Assembly (NCBI GenBank): GCA_964592815.1
Contig: CAZQGE010000001.1
Span: 1-62,572, forward strand
Reading direction: 5' to 3'
Length of the DNA stretch: 62,572 nucleotides
Source of the DNA: an uncultured Bacteroidaceae bacterium
GTDB taxonomy: Bacteria > Bacillota > Clostridia > Christensenellales > CAG-917
Of this stretch, positions 9,284 to 19,723 are shown in pieces; position 1 is the first letter of the stretch; each line of letters starts with the position of its first letter. Below the pieces are notes generated by a model. It saw only the letters and a program-made list of their open reading frames with translations, did not search any database and had not been told where the DNA came from. The translations under genes and the position numbers were made by a program.

Positions 9284-10225
9284 TCAGTCTCTTTTTCCAA
9301 CACCAAGATATACCGTAAAAATAAATTTGATAACTTTGTTTATAATTTCATTTATTTCATCTTTGGTCATATGGTAAATAGGTGTCGAGTAATACTCAGT
9401 TGTTACAAGTCCTCTTATGCCATAATAACAAGTCATTGCCATTCCTGCGATTTCTCTTGGTGAAAAATGTGCCTGTGCGCCTGTTGTTTCAGAAAGATAT
9501 TCTGCACACTTCAAAAGAATATTGTATATTCCCTCTGTGTGGCTACGCATAAGTTGCGCTTCTTCCTTAAATTCTTCATAGTGAAACAAGTCTGACATCA
9601 AGTTTGCTTCATTAAACTCAAAAAGGCGGTTTATGTTTGTATCAATCAACTGTCTAATCAGTTCCAAAGAAAGCTCTTTGCCTTCGGCTATTGCAAAATT
9701 CATTTTGAAAAGTTGTTCAGCGTAATCTCTAATTACCGCCTTAAACAAATCTGCTTTAGTTTTATAGTAATAATAAAGCGGACCACGAGAAACTCCCGCA
9801 TCATTTGCAATGTCAAGCATTTTTGTGTTTGCATAATGTTTTTCGCTGAAAATTTTGGTTGCCGACTTAATGATTTTGCTTTTTACTTCTTCTGTATCTG
9901 GTTCTGAATCATTATTTTTCTTCAAAACAAACTTTTCTTTTGACACAGAAACAATGTTATCCATAACAAGTGGCAAATTTTCTTGTTTTATGTAATCCTT
10001 TATTGCTTGCCAACGTGTTTCATCTCTTACAATTTCGACAAAATCTTGCCCTTTCCAAGTCAAATCACAAACTCTATCCTTAGGCAAATAAACAGCAACA
10101 AACCCCGCTTGACTTAAAGTTTTTGCCACAGAATCAATCTTCTCATCACCGTTTATCTTTATGCCATCTTCCGACGTTTCCAAAGATAAAAGCATTTCTC
10201 TTATTTTTTCAAAGTCTCTTTTCAT
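9284..10225 (-). CDS. TetR/AcrR-family regulator fused to an N-terminal ~100-aa DUF2513-like domain
   Basis: 313 aa. Residues about 120-165 are a TetR HTH (IIKSATKIFSEKHYANTKMLDIANDAGVSRGPLYYYYKTKADLF). The N-terminus MKRDFEKIREMLLSLETSEDG... resembles DUF2513-type proteins from memory (not searched). Confidence 0.8.
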   Translation of the reverse strand: MKRDFEKIREMLLSLETSEDGIKINGDEKIDSVAKTLSQAGFVAVYLPKDRVCDLTWKGQDFVEIVRDETRWQAIKDYIKQENLPLVMDNIVSVSKEKFVLKKNNDSEPDTEEVKSKIIKSATKIFSEKHYANTKMLDIANDAGVSRGPLYYYYKTKADLFKAVIRDYAEQLFKMNFAIAEGKELSLELIRQLIDTNINRLFEFNEANLMSDLFHYEEFKEEAQLMRSHTEGIYNILLKCAEYLSETTGAQAHFSPREIAGMAMTCYYGIRGLVTTEYYSTPIYHMTKDEINEIINKVIKFIFTVYLGVGKRD

Positions 10226-10322
10226 AAGTTTCCCTCACTAAACAATAAAATTATATCTTTTTTTACTTGTTCCGTCAATGAAATGACAATATCAATAACC
10301 AGTTATCAAAAATTAGTTCCAA

Positions 10323-10348
10323 CAAAAAAAAGCAGATTTTCATCTGCT
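10323..10348 (-). terminator. Rho-independent terminator after the Fe-S flavoprotein gene (A/T runs on both sides)
   Basis: agcagat / tttc / atctgct. Flanked by an A-run (a T-run on the minus strand) and a T-run on the plus strand. Confidence 0.65.
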
Positions 10349-10388
10349 TTTTCTTTTAATTTCTTTTCTTTAATTTTTCAATCAAATT

Positions 10389-13064
10389 TTAATTGCCTTT
10401 GACAGTATCTTTTATGCGTCTAGCTGTTGCGCGTGATACTCTCTTTATTATGTTTGGTGCCATTTTAACAGGTAACAACTCAAACTTTGTGCCGTGACCG
10501 TCATATTTCTTAGTTAGGCTTATTGCGTCAAATTTACATTTTGTTACGCACATTCCACAACCAACGCATTGGAGTTGGTCAACTTGAACAGCACCACAAC
10601 CTAAACATCTTTCAGTTTCTTTTTTGAGCTGTTCTTCTGTGAAAGTTGCCCTAGTATCTTTGAAACTCTTTTCATTTTCAGCTTTATGTAGCGGTCTTTG
10701 ACGTTGTGTGTTGTCATACCCCTCAATTATTGCATTTTCCTTATTAAGTTCTCGATAAATTCTACGGTCGCGTCCCAATGTCAACGATTGTCCTTCGTGA
10801 ACGTATCTATGAATTGAAATCGCGCCTTCTTTACCTGCCGCAATAGCATTGATAGCAAAATTAGGGCCTGTATAGACGTCACCGCCAACAAAAATATCCT
10901 TTTCGTCAGTTTGGTAAGTAAACGAGTCTGCAACTATTGTATTGTTACGATTCAACTTTACAGCAGAGCCTTCAAGCAATGTACCCAAATCAATAGATTG
11001 ACCAACAGACAGCAAAACTGCGTCAGTTTCAACCGTTTTGGTTTGTTTTTCATCGTATTTAGGAGCAAATTTTCCGTTTTCATCAAATACAGATACGCAT
11101 TTTTTGAAGATTACTGCTTTGACCTTTCCATTTTCTGCTACAATTTCAACAGGTCCCCAGCCATTGTTTATAATAATTTGCTCATTTTCAGCTTCTTCAA
11201 TTTCTTCTGGCAAAGCTGGCATTTCACTTCTTTGTTCCAAAGAGAACATATCAACAGTTTTTGCACCTACACGGCTTGCCGTTCTTGCAACGTCAATGGC
11301 AACGTTTCCACCGCCTATTACAACAACTTTTCCTGAAAGTTTTATATCCTTGCCCAAATTTACGTCACGCAAGAAATCTACACCTGCAACAACTCCCGTT
11401 GCATCTTCTCCTTTCAAACCGAGTTTTCTTCCCTTTTGCGCTCCAATTGCAATGTAGAAAGCATTGTAGCCCTGTTCTCTGAGTTGTTTTAGCGTAATAT
11501 CTTTGCCAACCTCAACACCAGTTTTGAATTCAACACCAAGTTGTTTAAGCACGTCAATTTCTGCGTTTACAACCTCTTTCTCCAAACGGAAAGAAGGAAT
11601 ACCCAAAGTCAACATGCCTCCAAGTTTTTCTTCTTTTTCAAAAACTGTAACGCTGTAATTATCCAAAGCCAAATAGTATGCGCAAGAAAGTCCCGCTGGA
11701 CCTGCACCAACAATAGCAACTTTTTTGTCACTAAAATCGTTGCGTTTTTGTGGTATGAAACGTGTTTTTGCATCCAAATCTTTGTCTGCTATAAACTTTT
11801 TGATTTCATCAATAGCAATAGGTTGGTCAACCCCTGCTCGTGTGCAAGCATCTTCGCATTTATGCGGACAAATTCTTCCGCATACAGCTGGCAACGGGTT
11901 CTCTTTTTTGATAAGTTCAAGAGCTTCGGTATATTTGCTTTGCGATGCCAATTTTATATAACCTTGCACGGCAATGTGAGCTGGGCAAGCAGTTTTACAA
12001 GGAGCTGTTCCGCTTTCAACAGTATCTTCTCTGTTTTCTCTGTAATCATAGTTATATTCAGATTTCTTGAAAAATCTATCGCGTGTCGTTTCAACCGACT
12101 TTAATTCTATCGGAGTTTTAGAACAAAGTTTTTGTCCAAGTTTTAAGGCATTTGCAGGGCAATTTTCGACGCATTGTCCGCAAGCTACACACTTGTCTTT
12201 GTCCACTTGCGACACATAGTTTGACCTTATCATATCAGGTGAATTGAACAATAATGCATTTCTTAATGAGTAACAAGAACAAGCACAGCAGTTGCATATT
12301 GCGTGAGTTTGACCGTCGCCGTCAATGTTCGGAATTTGGTGCATAAGTCCATTGTCTTCTGCTTTTCTTATGATTGCTTCGGCTTCTTCACGCGTAATTT
12401 GACGCGCTTTTCCCGCACGAATATAATATTCTGCGCCAGTACCCATTTGAATGCAAATATCCTTTTCAAGGTGTCCACAACCTTCACCCAAAATCCTTCT
12501 TGAACGACGGCAAGAGCAATCGGCAACGGCAAATATTGTGTGTCTGTCCATAAGTTTTGAAATTTCTTCAAAATCGGCTACCTTAGAATTTCCATCAAGC
12601 GCCCGTTGAATTGGGACAACTCTCATTGGTCCGAGGCCAACTGGCATAAATGGAGCAAGCAAACCCGCACGAAGTCTTGCATATTCTTCAAATGCTTTTG
12701 CAATTTCGGGGTGTTTTTCACAAAGTTCCTTGTTCCCAACCATTTTTTCCATAACGCCAGGAACGTATACCGTGAGTTCGTAAACAAGAGTTCCGTCCAA
12801 AGTATAGCAAACACATGCACCTATTTTTGCAAGTTCGTCAGCCAAACGAGCTGTTTCTTCAACAGATTTTTTACATTTTGAGGCAATTTCCTCAACCGTG
12901 TGAGGCTTTCTTAATTCCATTGCCAAACCAACCTCAGCTTGTTGGTCGGTTACGCAGCAAGCAAGCACGTAGTATTCGGGAGCTTTTTCATCAAGTTTTA
13001 TCATCAATGCTGTGGCTCCGCAAATCTTTTTAGCAAGTTGCATAATTTTTTTTCTTACTGCCAT
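10389..13064 (-). CDS. Multidomain Fe-S flavoprotein: N-terminal Cys-rich region + 4Fe-4S motif, GltD/NfnB-like NAD(P)H:FAD oxidoreductase core, C-terminal ferredoxin domain
   Basis: 891 aa. N-terminal motifs DCSCRRSRR..GEGCG and ICNCCACSCY, then CVACGQCVENCP. GltD small-chain-like CKTACPAHIAVQGYI ... CGRICPHKCEDACTR. Rossmann motifs KKVAIVGAGPAGLSCAYYLA and VVVIGGGNVAIDVA. C-terminal CLGCG...CVGCGMCVTKC. Confidence 0.8.
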   Translation of the reverse strand: MAVRKKIMQLAKKICGATALMIKLDEKAPEYYVLACCVTDQQAEVGLAMELRKPHTVEEIASKCKKSVEETARLADELAKIGACVCYTLDGTLVYELTVYVPGVMEKMVGNKELCEKHPEIAKAFEEYARLRAGLLAPFMPVGLGPMRVVPIQRALDGNSKVADFEEISKLMDRHTIFAVADCSCRRSRRILGEGCGHLEKDICIQMGTGAEYYIRAGKARQITREEAEAIIRKAEDNGLMHQIPNIDGDGQTHAICNCCACSCYSLRNALLFNSPDMIRSNYVSQVDKDKCVACGQCVENCPANALKLGQKLCSKTPIELKSVETTRDRFFKKSEYNYDYRENREDTVESGTAPCKTACPAHIAVQGYIKLASQSKYTEALELIKKENPLPAVCGRICPHKCEDACTRAGVDQPIAIDEIKKFIADKDLDAKTRFIPQKRNDFSDKKVAIVGAGPAGLSCAYYLALDNYSVTVFEKEEKLGGMLTLGIPSFRLEKEVVNAEIDVLKQLGVEFKTGVEVGKDITLKQLREQGYNAFYIAIGAQKGRKLGLKGEDATGVVAGVDFLRDVNLGKDIKLSGKVVVIGGGNVAIDVARTASRVGAKTVDMFSLEQRSEMPALPEEIEEAENEQIIINNGWGPVEIVAENGKVKAVIFKKCVSVFDENGKFAPKYDEKQTKTVETDAVLLSVGQSIDLGTLLEGSAVKLNRNNTIVADSFTYQTDEKDIFVGGDVYTGPNFAINAIAAGKEGAISIHRYVHEGQSLTLGRDRRIYRELNKENAIIEGYDNTQRQRPLHKAENEKSFKDTRATFTEEQLKKETERCLGCGAVQVDQLQCVGCGMCVTKCKFDAISLTKKYDGHGTKFELLPVKMAPNIIKRVSRATARRIKDTVKGN

Positions 13065-13094
13065 AATTTCTCCTTTTAATTAACTTTATAAATT

Positions 13095-14795
13095 TTATTT
13101 ATCCTCATCAGAAACGTCCGTCGTATTTTTTTCGTCAGTTTCAATGATGATATTTTCAACTCTTTCGCCTTGATTTTGAATTGTCAAATTCAAATTTTCA
13201 TTTTCTGTAATTTCAGTTGCCAAACTTTGACTGTTTTCAACATTTGCAGCCGCTTCTCTAAGTTCCAACTCTTTTACGATTTCAGCATATTTTTTGTCGT
13301 CGAGAATATATTTCTTTTTATATATTAACATAGCAATAGCCATAAATATAGCTGGAATTAAACACATACAGACCAATATAATAATTTTCTGTTCACTTGG
13401 TACATTAGATATAATTCCGCCGATTTGCGCTATTTTATCATCGCCGCCAATCAGGTTTTTAGCCGCATCGTTTTCCAACGCTGAAATTTTGTTTGTGACA
13501 TTCAAAACGCCCGCAACAATAAACACGATAGTAACAAGACCTTGTTGCAACGCACTCGAAAGTTTTGCTGTAAATGGACGAATAGAAAAGATTAAGCCTT
13601 CATCGCGGTTTCCCGTTTTATACTCGTTATATTCAACCGTATTAGCCATAGATATGACCATAATCATATAAAAACCTTGTCCGTATCCAACAATTCCATT
13701 TGCTATTGCCATTGCGACAAATTTTCCGTACCACAGACCAGTTTTAGGCGCGCCTGTTGGAATAACCAACCCAAAAAGCATCATCAAAATATATCCTAAT
13801 ATGATGGCAAACCCCGTTGAATAAAGCAGTTTAGTCCTAGAGAATTTTTTGGATAGCCACGGATAAAAAAGCATAAACAAAACGTTGATGACGGCAAACA
13901 GAACTCCAAACAATGTCAAAAGCAAGCCATTATATCCAAACTCAAAATATATGTACGTCATACTAAGTCCGCCCGAAACAACACCTGTGCCAAGGCTAAA
14001 CATAATCATAATCAACGCGCTCCACATAAGTTGGTCGTTTTTGAAAATAATTTTGAACATTTCTTTAAGTGTCATTGCCTTTTTCTTTATAAACTTTTCA
14101 GGCAACGGTTTTTCTTTTACTCCAATAATTGTAAAAAGTTGAAAAGCAATCATTAAAACTACTGCTGCAATAGAAACAAACATATATCCGTCAACTGCGC
14201 TACCGTTTATTGCAAACTGTCCCGTTGTAAGCGCAGGTACAATAATACCCACAAGTCCGCCACCTGCTCCAGCCACAAGGTTTGCAAGCGATGTCAACTT
14301 GCTTCTGTCGTGTTCATTTTTTGTGAGCGACGGCATCATTCCCCAATATGAAATGTCATTCATTGTAAAAGTTATGCTAAACATAAAATATAAAAACGCA
14401 AGAAGCCCAATAAATGCTCCGCCTTGCAAACTGTTTGAGAAAACTGCAATTATAACTGCGCCCGTCAAAATTGCGCCAGCAAGTTGCCAAGGCTTAAATT
14501 TTCCCCACTTGGAATGAGTGTTTTCAACAATTCCGCCCATAATCGGGTCGTTGAAAGCATCAAACAACCGTGCCGCAATTATTATAAATGTAATTGATGC
14601 AAATTGCGCGTCGGTAAGTTGTTTTGTAAATAAAATGTAGTTGAGCAACTGAAATGCAAACAATCCGTAAACGAAATCTCTGCCAAAAGTTCCCAAAGAA
14701 AACATAAGTAAATTTCGTGTAGAAAGTTTATCTTGCGATGCTGCCACCTGTGAATTGCAATTATCAAAGCCAATAGAATTTGAATTTTTCCTCAT
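13095..14795 (-). CDS. GPH-family (glycoside-pentoside-hexuronide:cation) symporter with long acidic C-terminal tail
   Basis: MFSLGTFGRDFVYG, and DAFNDPIMGGIVENT matching the GPH D-x-x-x-D-P signature. About 12 TM segments, followed by a roughly 70-aa E/N-rich tail. Start taken at ATG 14795 (GGGAG RBS); the GTG at 14807 lies in the RBS. Confidence 0.85.
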   Translation of the reverse strand: MRKNSNSIGFDNCNSQVAASQDKLSTRNLLMFSLGTFGRDFVYGLFAFQLLNYILFTKQLTDAQFASITFIIIAARLFDAFNDPIMGGIVENTHSKWGKFKPWQLAGAILTGAVIIAVFSNSLQGGAFIGLLAFLYFMFSITFTMNDISYWGMMPSLTKNEHDRSKLTSLANLVAGAGGGLVGIIVPALTTGQFAINGSAVDGYMFVSIAAVVLMIAFQLFTIIGVKEKPLPEKFIKKKAMTLKEMFKIIFKNDQLMWSALIMIMFSLGTGVVSGGLSMTYIYFEFGYNGLLLTLFGVLFAVINVLFMLFYPWLSKKFSRTKLLYSTGFAIILGYILMMLFGLVIPTGAPKTGLWYGKFVAMAIANGIVGYGQGFYMIMVISMANTVEYNEYKTGNRDEGLIFSIRPFTAKLSSALQQGLVTIVFIVAGVLNVTNKISALENDAAKNLIGGDDKIAQIGGIISNVPSEQKIIILVCMCLIPAIFMAIAMLIYKKKYILDDKKYAEIVKELELREAAANVENSQSLATEITENENLNLTIQNQGERVENIIIETDEKNTTDVSDEDK

Positions 14796-14844
14796 AATAA
14801 CTCCCACGGCGAATAGTTTAACATATTCAGCACTCTTTTTCCAT

Positions 14845-14861
14845 ACTAATTTGAAAATAGT
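14845..14861. promoter_or_regulatory. 17-bp imperfect palindrome ACTAATTTgAAAATAGT in the symporter promoter region (candidate operator)
   Basis: Arms match 7 of 8. Sits between a possible -35 (TTGATA, 14869-14864) and a weak -10 (TATGGA, 14845-14840) on the minus strand. A half-site AAATTAGT recurs upstream of the TetR-fusion gene (about 10307-10315). Confidence 0.3.
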
Positions 14862-14881
14862 TTATCAAGTAAACAGAATAA

Positions 14882-14908
14882 CAAAAAAACGCCGTCAAAC
14901 GACGGCGT
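14882..14908 (-). terminator. Rho-independent terminator of pfkA
   Basis: acgccgtc / aaac / gacggcgt. A 7-A run on the plus strand gives the T-run on the minus strand. Confidence 0.75.
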
Positions 14909-14929
14909 TTTATATCGTAATTTTTTGAA

Positions 14930-15925
14930 TTACATCATTTTGCTTAATATTGTTGCCATTTCATAAAGTTTTGTATCAAATGGTTTTTTGGTTCTCAATG
15001 CTTCTGAAACACTCATATCAAAAATTTCTCCGCCTTTTACACCAACAACTCTGCCACTTTGTGAGCAATCAATGAGGTCAACTGCACGCAGTGCCATTCT
15101 TGCTGCCAAAACTCTGTCTGACATTGTTGGAATTCCACCTCTTTGCATATAGCTCAAAGCAACTGTATTTACTGTTCTGCCAGTTGCGTCGGCGACCTTT
15201 TTCATAAGTTCGTCTTTGATTTCTTTTACGCCCTCTGCCATAACTATAATTGTTGAGGGCTTGCCTTTGTCAATTCCGTCTTTAACACTAGCCGCAATCG
15301 CGTCAATATCAATCGGACGTTCAGGAATTAAGCAATATTCTGCACCACCAGCAACAGCTGCATAAAGTGCAATATCTCCGCAATCTCTGCCCATTACTTC
15401 AAGCACCATAATTCTGTCGTGAGATGTGATTGTGTCACGGAGTTTCAGCATTGCGTCAAGCACGGTATTGCAAGCGGTGTCAAAACCTATGGTATAATCT
15501 GTAAAGCCCATATCGTTGTCGATTGTTGCAGGGATACCAATTACGTTCAAACCCGTATATTTATGTAAGTCATCGATGCCGTGGAAAGTGCCATCGCCGC
15601 CAATTGCAACCAAATTCGTAATGCCCTTGTTAAGCAAATTATCGGCAGCCGCTTTCAATATTTCCACTTCTTTGAAGTCTTTGCTACGTCCTGATTTCAA
15701 CCAAGTGCCACCTGCGTGAACGGTATTTGAAACAGAAGTATATTGCATTTGGAAAATTTCGTCGTTCATCAAACCTAAATAGCCGTGTTTAACGCCGTAC
15801 ACTTCATACCCTTGTTTGAAAGCGTAACGAGCAGTAGCTCTGATGCAAGCATTCATACCTGACGCATCTCCGCCACTTGTTAAGATTGCAAGTCTTTTAG
15901 GTTGGTCACTCTTCTTATTCGCCAT
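14930..15925 (-). CDS. pfkA: ATP-dependent 6-phosphofructokinase
   Basis: 331 aa. LTSGGDASGMNA, GGDGTFHG, PATIDND and MGRDCGDIAL are PfkA signatures. Confidence 0.92.
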   Translation of the reverse strand: MANKKSDQPKRLAILTSGGDASGMNACIRATARYAFKQGYEVYGVKHGYLGLMNDEIFQMQYTSVSNTVHAGGTWLKSGRSKDFKEVEILKAAADNLLNKGITNLVAIGGDGTFHGIDDLHKYTGLNVIGIPATIDNDMGFTDYTIGFDTACNTVLDAMLKLRDTITSHDRIMVLEVMGRDCGDIALYAAVAGGAEYCLIPERPIDIDAIAASVKDGIDKGKPSTIIVMAEGVKEIKDELMKKVADATGRTVNTVALSYMQRGGIPTMSDRVLAARMALRAVDLIDCSQSGRVVGVKGGEIFDMSVSEALRTKKPFDTKLYEMATILSKMM

Positions 15926-16000
15926 AACACACCTCTTTATCTATAATCAATGGAATTTTATCATAATGATTGTTGGAATGCAACAAATTTAATTCAAAAG

Positions 16001-19000
16001 TTAATTATTTCTTTGTTTTTTTACAAATTTTACTTTGTTTTCTCCAACAATATATTTTAACCGCCTTATCAGTTCTTCATCGACATTGACCCTCGTACTC
16101 AATTCTTTAAGGCAAAATTTGCCGTCGATTTTGATTTGCGCTTGACACGGAACGTTGCCTTCAAACAACGCCAAAGTGCTGTTTATAAGTTTGATGTCCA
16201 AAGGATTTTCAACAAGCACGTAAAGAACTCCGTTGCAAGCAGTTTTTTCTTCTTCCTTCTTTTTCCATAATTCGACTTTGTCAACAGAAATTTTAGGTTC
16301 GGATTCATCACGTAAGTCAATGCGTCCATACACTTTCAACGGGCTGTCCGCTTCAAGTAATTCCCCATATTTTTCGTAACTTTTGGGATACATAGAAAAC
16401 GAGACCGCGCCCAATTTATCTTCCAAAATTCCTACTGCAAACTTTTGGTTTTTTGCCGTATTCTTCTTTTCAAAAGCAGCAACTATGCACCCAAAGTTGA
16501 CGTTTTTGTTTGCAAGTGAAAAATCAACAACTGCAACAGCCTCTCCGTTTTCGTCGTTTTCTTCAACCATAAGCATTCCCGTGTCAAAATTAAATCCGTT
16601 GTTTGTGTCGGGATATTCGTCCAAAGGGTGACCTGATACGTACATTCCAAGCACTTCTTTTTCGCCTTTCAGAATTTGTGCTTTGTCATATTCTTTAAGT
16701 TCGGTGTATTGAATTTCGACTTCTTCAAGCAAATCGTCAAACAATGAAAGTTGCCCTGTCAATTTGTTTTTCTTGTCAAACATAACCGTGTCCATAATCT
16801 GCTCATAAGACGCCATAAGTGTCGACCTAGTTTTGCCAAACGCGTCGAATGCGCCACCCTTGATTAGGCTTTCAATCATACGTTTGTTAACTTGCCCCGC
16901 GCACCTCTCAATAAAATCTCGTATGTCTTTGAAGTCACCGTTTTTGCGTTCTTCCAAAACGTATTCCATAGCTTGTTCGCCCACGTTCTTTATACCCATA
17001 AGTCCATAACGTACGTTATCCTTTTCAATAGAAAAGAATTTTTGTGAGCGGTTTATATCGGGTGCAAGAATTTTTATGCCCGTTCTTTTAAGATAGTTTA
17101 TATAGTGTTTTGTTTCATCCGCATTAGTAATACGGTTGTTTATTACCGCCGTAATATAGTGAATAGGATAATGGCACTTCAAATAAGCTGTTTGGTAAGA
17201 CAAATACGCATAAGCCGCAGCGTGTGATTTGTTAAACGCATAACTCGCAAATTTTAAGATTTGATTAAACAAATTTCTTGCAATTTCTTCGCTGACGCCG
17301 TTTGCAACCGCACCAGGTACTTGTTTTTTTGTTTTATCACCGTCAAGCACACCGCCAAAAAGGAAAATTTCCTCTTGTTTTTTCAGCTTTTGCAAGTCTT
17401 TTTTGGCAATTCCTCTTCTCATAATGTCTGCGCCGCCAAACGAATAACCAGCAACTTTTTGCGCAATTTGCATAACTTGCTCTTGATAAACAATACAACC
17501 GTACGTAACTTCCAAAACCTCTTTCAAAAGTGGGTGCGCATATACAACTTTGTCGGGGTGCTTTTTCCCTTCCAAAAAGTCGTCCAAGAACTGCATAGGA
17601 CCAGGACGATACATAGAAATTCCTGCCATAACGTCTTCCAAAGTTTCAGGTTGCAGTTGCGCCATAAACTTTTTCATTCCGCCGCCTTCCAACTGAAATA
17701 CGGCTTCGCAATCACCCGAGGCAAGCAAAGCGTAAACTTCTTTGTCTTCATATCCAAGTTTGTGGAAATCTATGTCTTCTCCCTTATCTTGTTTGATGTA
17801 CTTTATGGCTTCTGAAATATCAGTCAATGTTTTCAATCCCAAAAAGTCCATTTTAAGAAGTCCTAAACGCTCAACAATTACCTTGTCAAATTGCGTTGTT
17901 ATGTCTTGACCGTTTCGTGACAGGGCAACGTGTTCAACAATAGGCTCACCACAAATTACAACGCCAGCGGCGTGCATAGAAGTCTGTCGTGGCATACCTT
18001 CCATTTTCATAGCAGTATCAATAATTTTTTTGGCTGTTGTGTTTTCGTTATAAATTTTGGCAAAATCTTCGCTGTAAAAATCTGTACCCTCTGTAATAAC
18101 CTGTTTCAAAAGCACTTTCCCAACGGGAATTTCTTTTACCCACTTTGCAGCTTCGTTATAGGGTACGTCGTAAACTCTTGCAACGTCCTTAACAACTGCC
18201 TTTGCACTCATTGTCGAGTATGCAATAATCTGCGAAACATTCTCTTTTCCGTATTTTTGGACACAGTATTCAATAATTTCAGGGCGACGCACAAAACAAA
18301 AGTCTATGTCAAAGTCAGGCATAGATACACGCTCAGCAGACAAAAATCTTTCAAAAAGCAAATTGTATCTTAAAGGGTCAACGTCGGTAATTCCAATCGA
18401 ATAAGCAACAATACTTCCGACTCCGCTGCCACGCCCAGGTCCAACAGGAATACCTTTATTTTGCGCCGCATTCACATAGTCCCAGACAATAAGAAAATAA
18501 TCGTTAAAACCGCATTGGTCGATAACTGACAATTCATAGTTCAAACGCTTTTCAATTTGTTCGGTGATAACGGGATAGCGCCCCTTAATTCTTTCCCAAG
18601 CTAAATCGTGGAGATATTCACCAGTAGTTCTTCCGTTCATATCGTCATTGGTGTATCTCGGAATAAAAGTGGTTGAAGCGTCAACAACAAAATAATCTCC
18701 ATCTACCTTGTCGGCAATTTCCCTTGTACTTTCCATCGCTTCGGGACACCAACCAAAAAGCTCGGTCATCTCATCTTCAGATTTCAAATAAAAATTATCG
18801 TTGGAAAAACGCGCAGCGTTGATTTCATTTTTCTTGCATTGAAGGTTAACGCACATCATCGTATCTTGAATGTCCGCATCTTCCTTTTCAATGTAGTGAA
18901 CATCGTTTGTTGCAACAAGTTTGACGCCGATTTCTTTTGCAATTCTCACAAGTTGGTTTGTAACAATTTTATCTTCTGGCAAATTGTGGTCTTGTAATTC

Positions 19001-19564
19001 AATATAAAAATCTCCCTCGTCAAAAAGTGATTTTAGTTCAAGTGCGTGCGCTTTTGCGCCTTCATAATCTCCGTGCAAAATCAATTGCGGAATTTTGTTT
19101 GCAAGACAAGCAGAACAACATATCAAACCCTCTGCGTGATTTTTAAGCAATTCCAAGTCGATACGCGGTTTCATATAAAAGCCGTCAACAAACGCTTTTG
19201 AACTTAAAAACATCAAATTTTTATATCCTACTTCATTTTTGGCAAGCAAAACTAAGTGGTATCTTTGTTTAAGTACGTCGGCAGTTTTAAGGTACATATC
19301 GTCCGCATAGTAAAACTCCTGACCGACAATAGGCTTAATTCCTGCTTTTCGCAATGTCGAAACGAATGTATGTACGCCATACATATTGCCGTGGTCGGTG
19401 ATTGCGCAAGCATTCATACCCCTTGCCTTCAATGCATCTGCAAGAGGTGCGATTGACAAAGGTTTGTTTGGATTGTCTTCCGAGATTTCTTGTTTTGCAA
19501 GCTGACAAGCTCCGTCCAACAAGCTATATTCCGTGTGTAAATGTAAGTGAACAAAATTCGCCAT
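16001..19564 (-). CDS. dnaE: DNA polymerase III alpha subunit (DnaE type)
   Basis: 1187 aa. N-terminal PHP domain (FVHLHLHTEYSLLDG), palm/fingers region (PDFDIDF), and a C-terminal OB fold region. Confidence 0.95.
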   Translation of the reverse strand: MANFVHLHLHTEYSLLDGACQLAKQEISEDNPNKPLSIAPLADALKARGMNACAITDHGNMYGVHTFVSTLRKAGIKPIVGQEFYYADDMYLKTADVLKQRYHLVLLAKNEVGYKNLMFLSSKAFVDGFYMKPRIDLELLKNHAEGLICCSACLANKIPQLILHGDYEGAKAHALELKSLFDEGDFYIELQDHNLPEDKIVTNQLVRIAKEIGVKLVATNDVHYIEKEDADIQDTMMCVNLQCKKNEINAARFSNDNFYLKSEDEMTELFGWCPEAMESTREIADKVDGDYFVVDASTTFIPRYTNDDMNGRTTGEYLHDLAWERIKGRYPVITEQIEKRLNYELSVIDQCGFNDYFLIVWDYVNAAQNKGIPVGPGRGSGVGSIVAYSIGITDVDPLRYNLLFERFLSAERVSMPDFDIDFCFVRRPEIIEYCVQKYGKENVSQIIAYSTMSAKAVVKDVARVYDVPYNEAAKWVKEIPVGKVLLKQVITEGTDFYSEDFAKIYNENTTAKKIIDTAMKMEGMPRQTSMHAAGVVICGEPIVEHVALSRNGQDITTQFDKVIVERLGLLKMDFLGLKTLTDISEAIKYIKQDKGEDIDFHKLGYEDKEVYALLASGDCEAVFQLEGGGMKKFMAQLQPETLEDVMAGISMYRPGPMQFLDDFLEGKKHPDKVVYAHPLLKEVLEVTYGCIVYQEQVMQIAQKVAGYSFGGADIMRRGIAKKDLQKLKKQEEIFLFGGVLDGDKTKKQVPGAVANGVSEEIARNLFNQILKFASYAFNKSHAAAYAYLSYQTAYLKCHYPIHYITAVINNRITNADETKHYINYLKRTGIKILAPDINRSQKFFSIEKDNVRYGLMGIKNVGEQAMEYVLEERKNGDFKDIRDFIERCAGQVNKRMIESLIKGGAFDAFGKTRSTLMASYEQIMDTVMFDKKNKLTGQLSLFDDLLEEVEIQYTELKEYDKAQILKGEKEVLGMYVSGHPLDEYPDTNNGFNFDTGMLMVEENDENGEAVAVVDFSLANKNVNFGCIVAAFEKKNTAKNQKFAVGILEDKLGAVSFSMYPKSYEKYGELLEADSPLKVYGRIDLRDESEPKISVDKVELWKKKEEEKTACNGVLYVLVENPLDIKLINSTLALFEGNVPCQAQIKIDGKFCLKELSTRVNVDEELIRRLKYIVGENKVKFVKKQRNN

Positions 19565-19723
19565 TGTTTTTCCTTTTGTTAAATATTATGATGTCAATTT
19601 TATTATATAATTTGTCACAACTAAGACTTTATCATACAAAAATTGATATATTAGGTACCGTTATTGTCATTTTTGCATACTTATTTATGTTTACAATTTT
19701 TCTATCCGCTAAAAAATCTGAGA

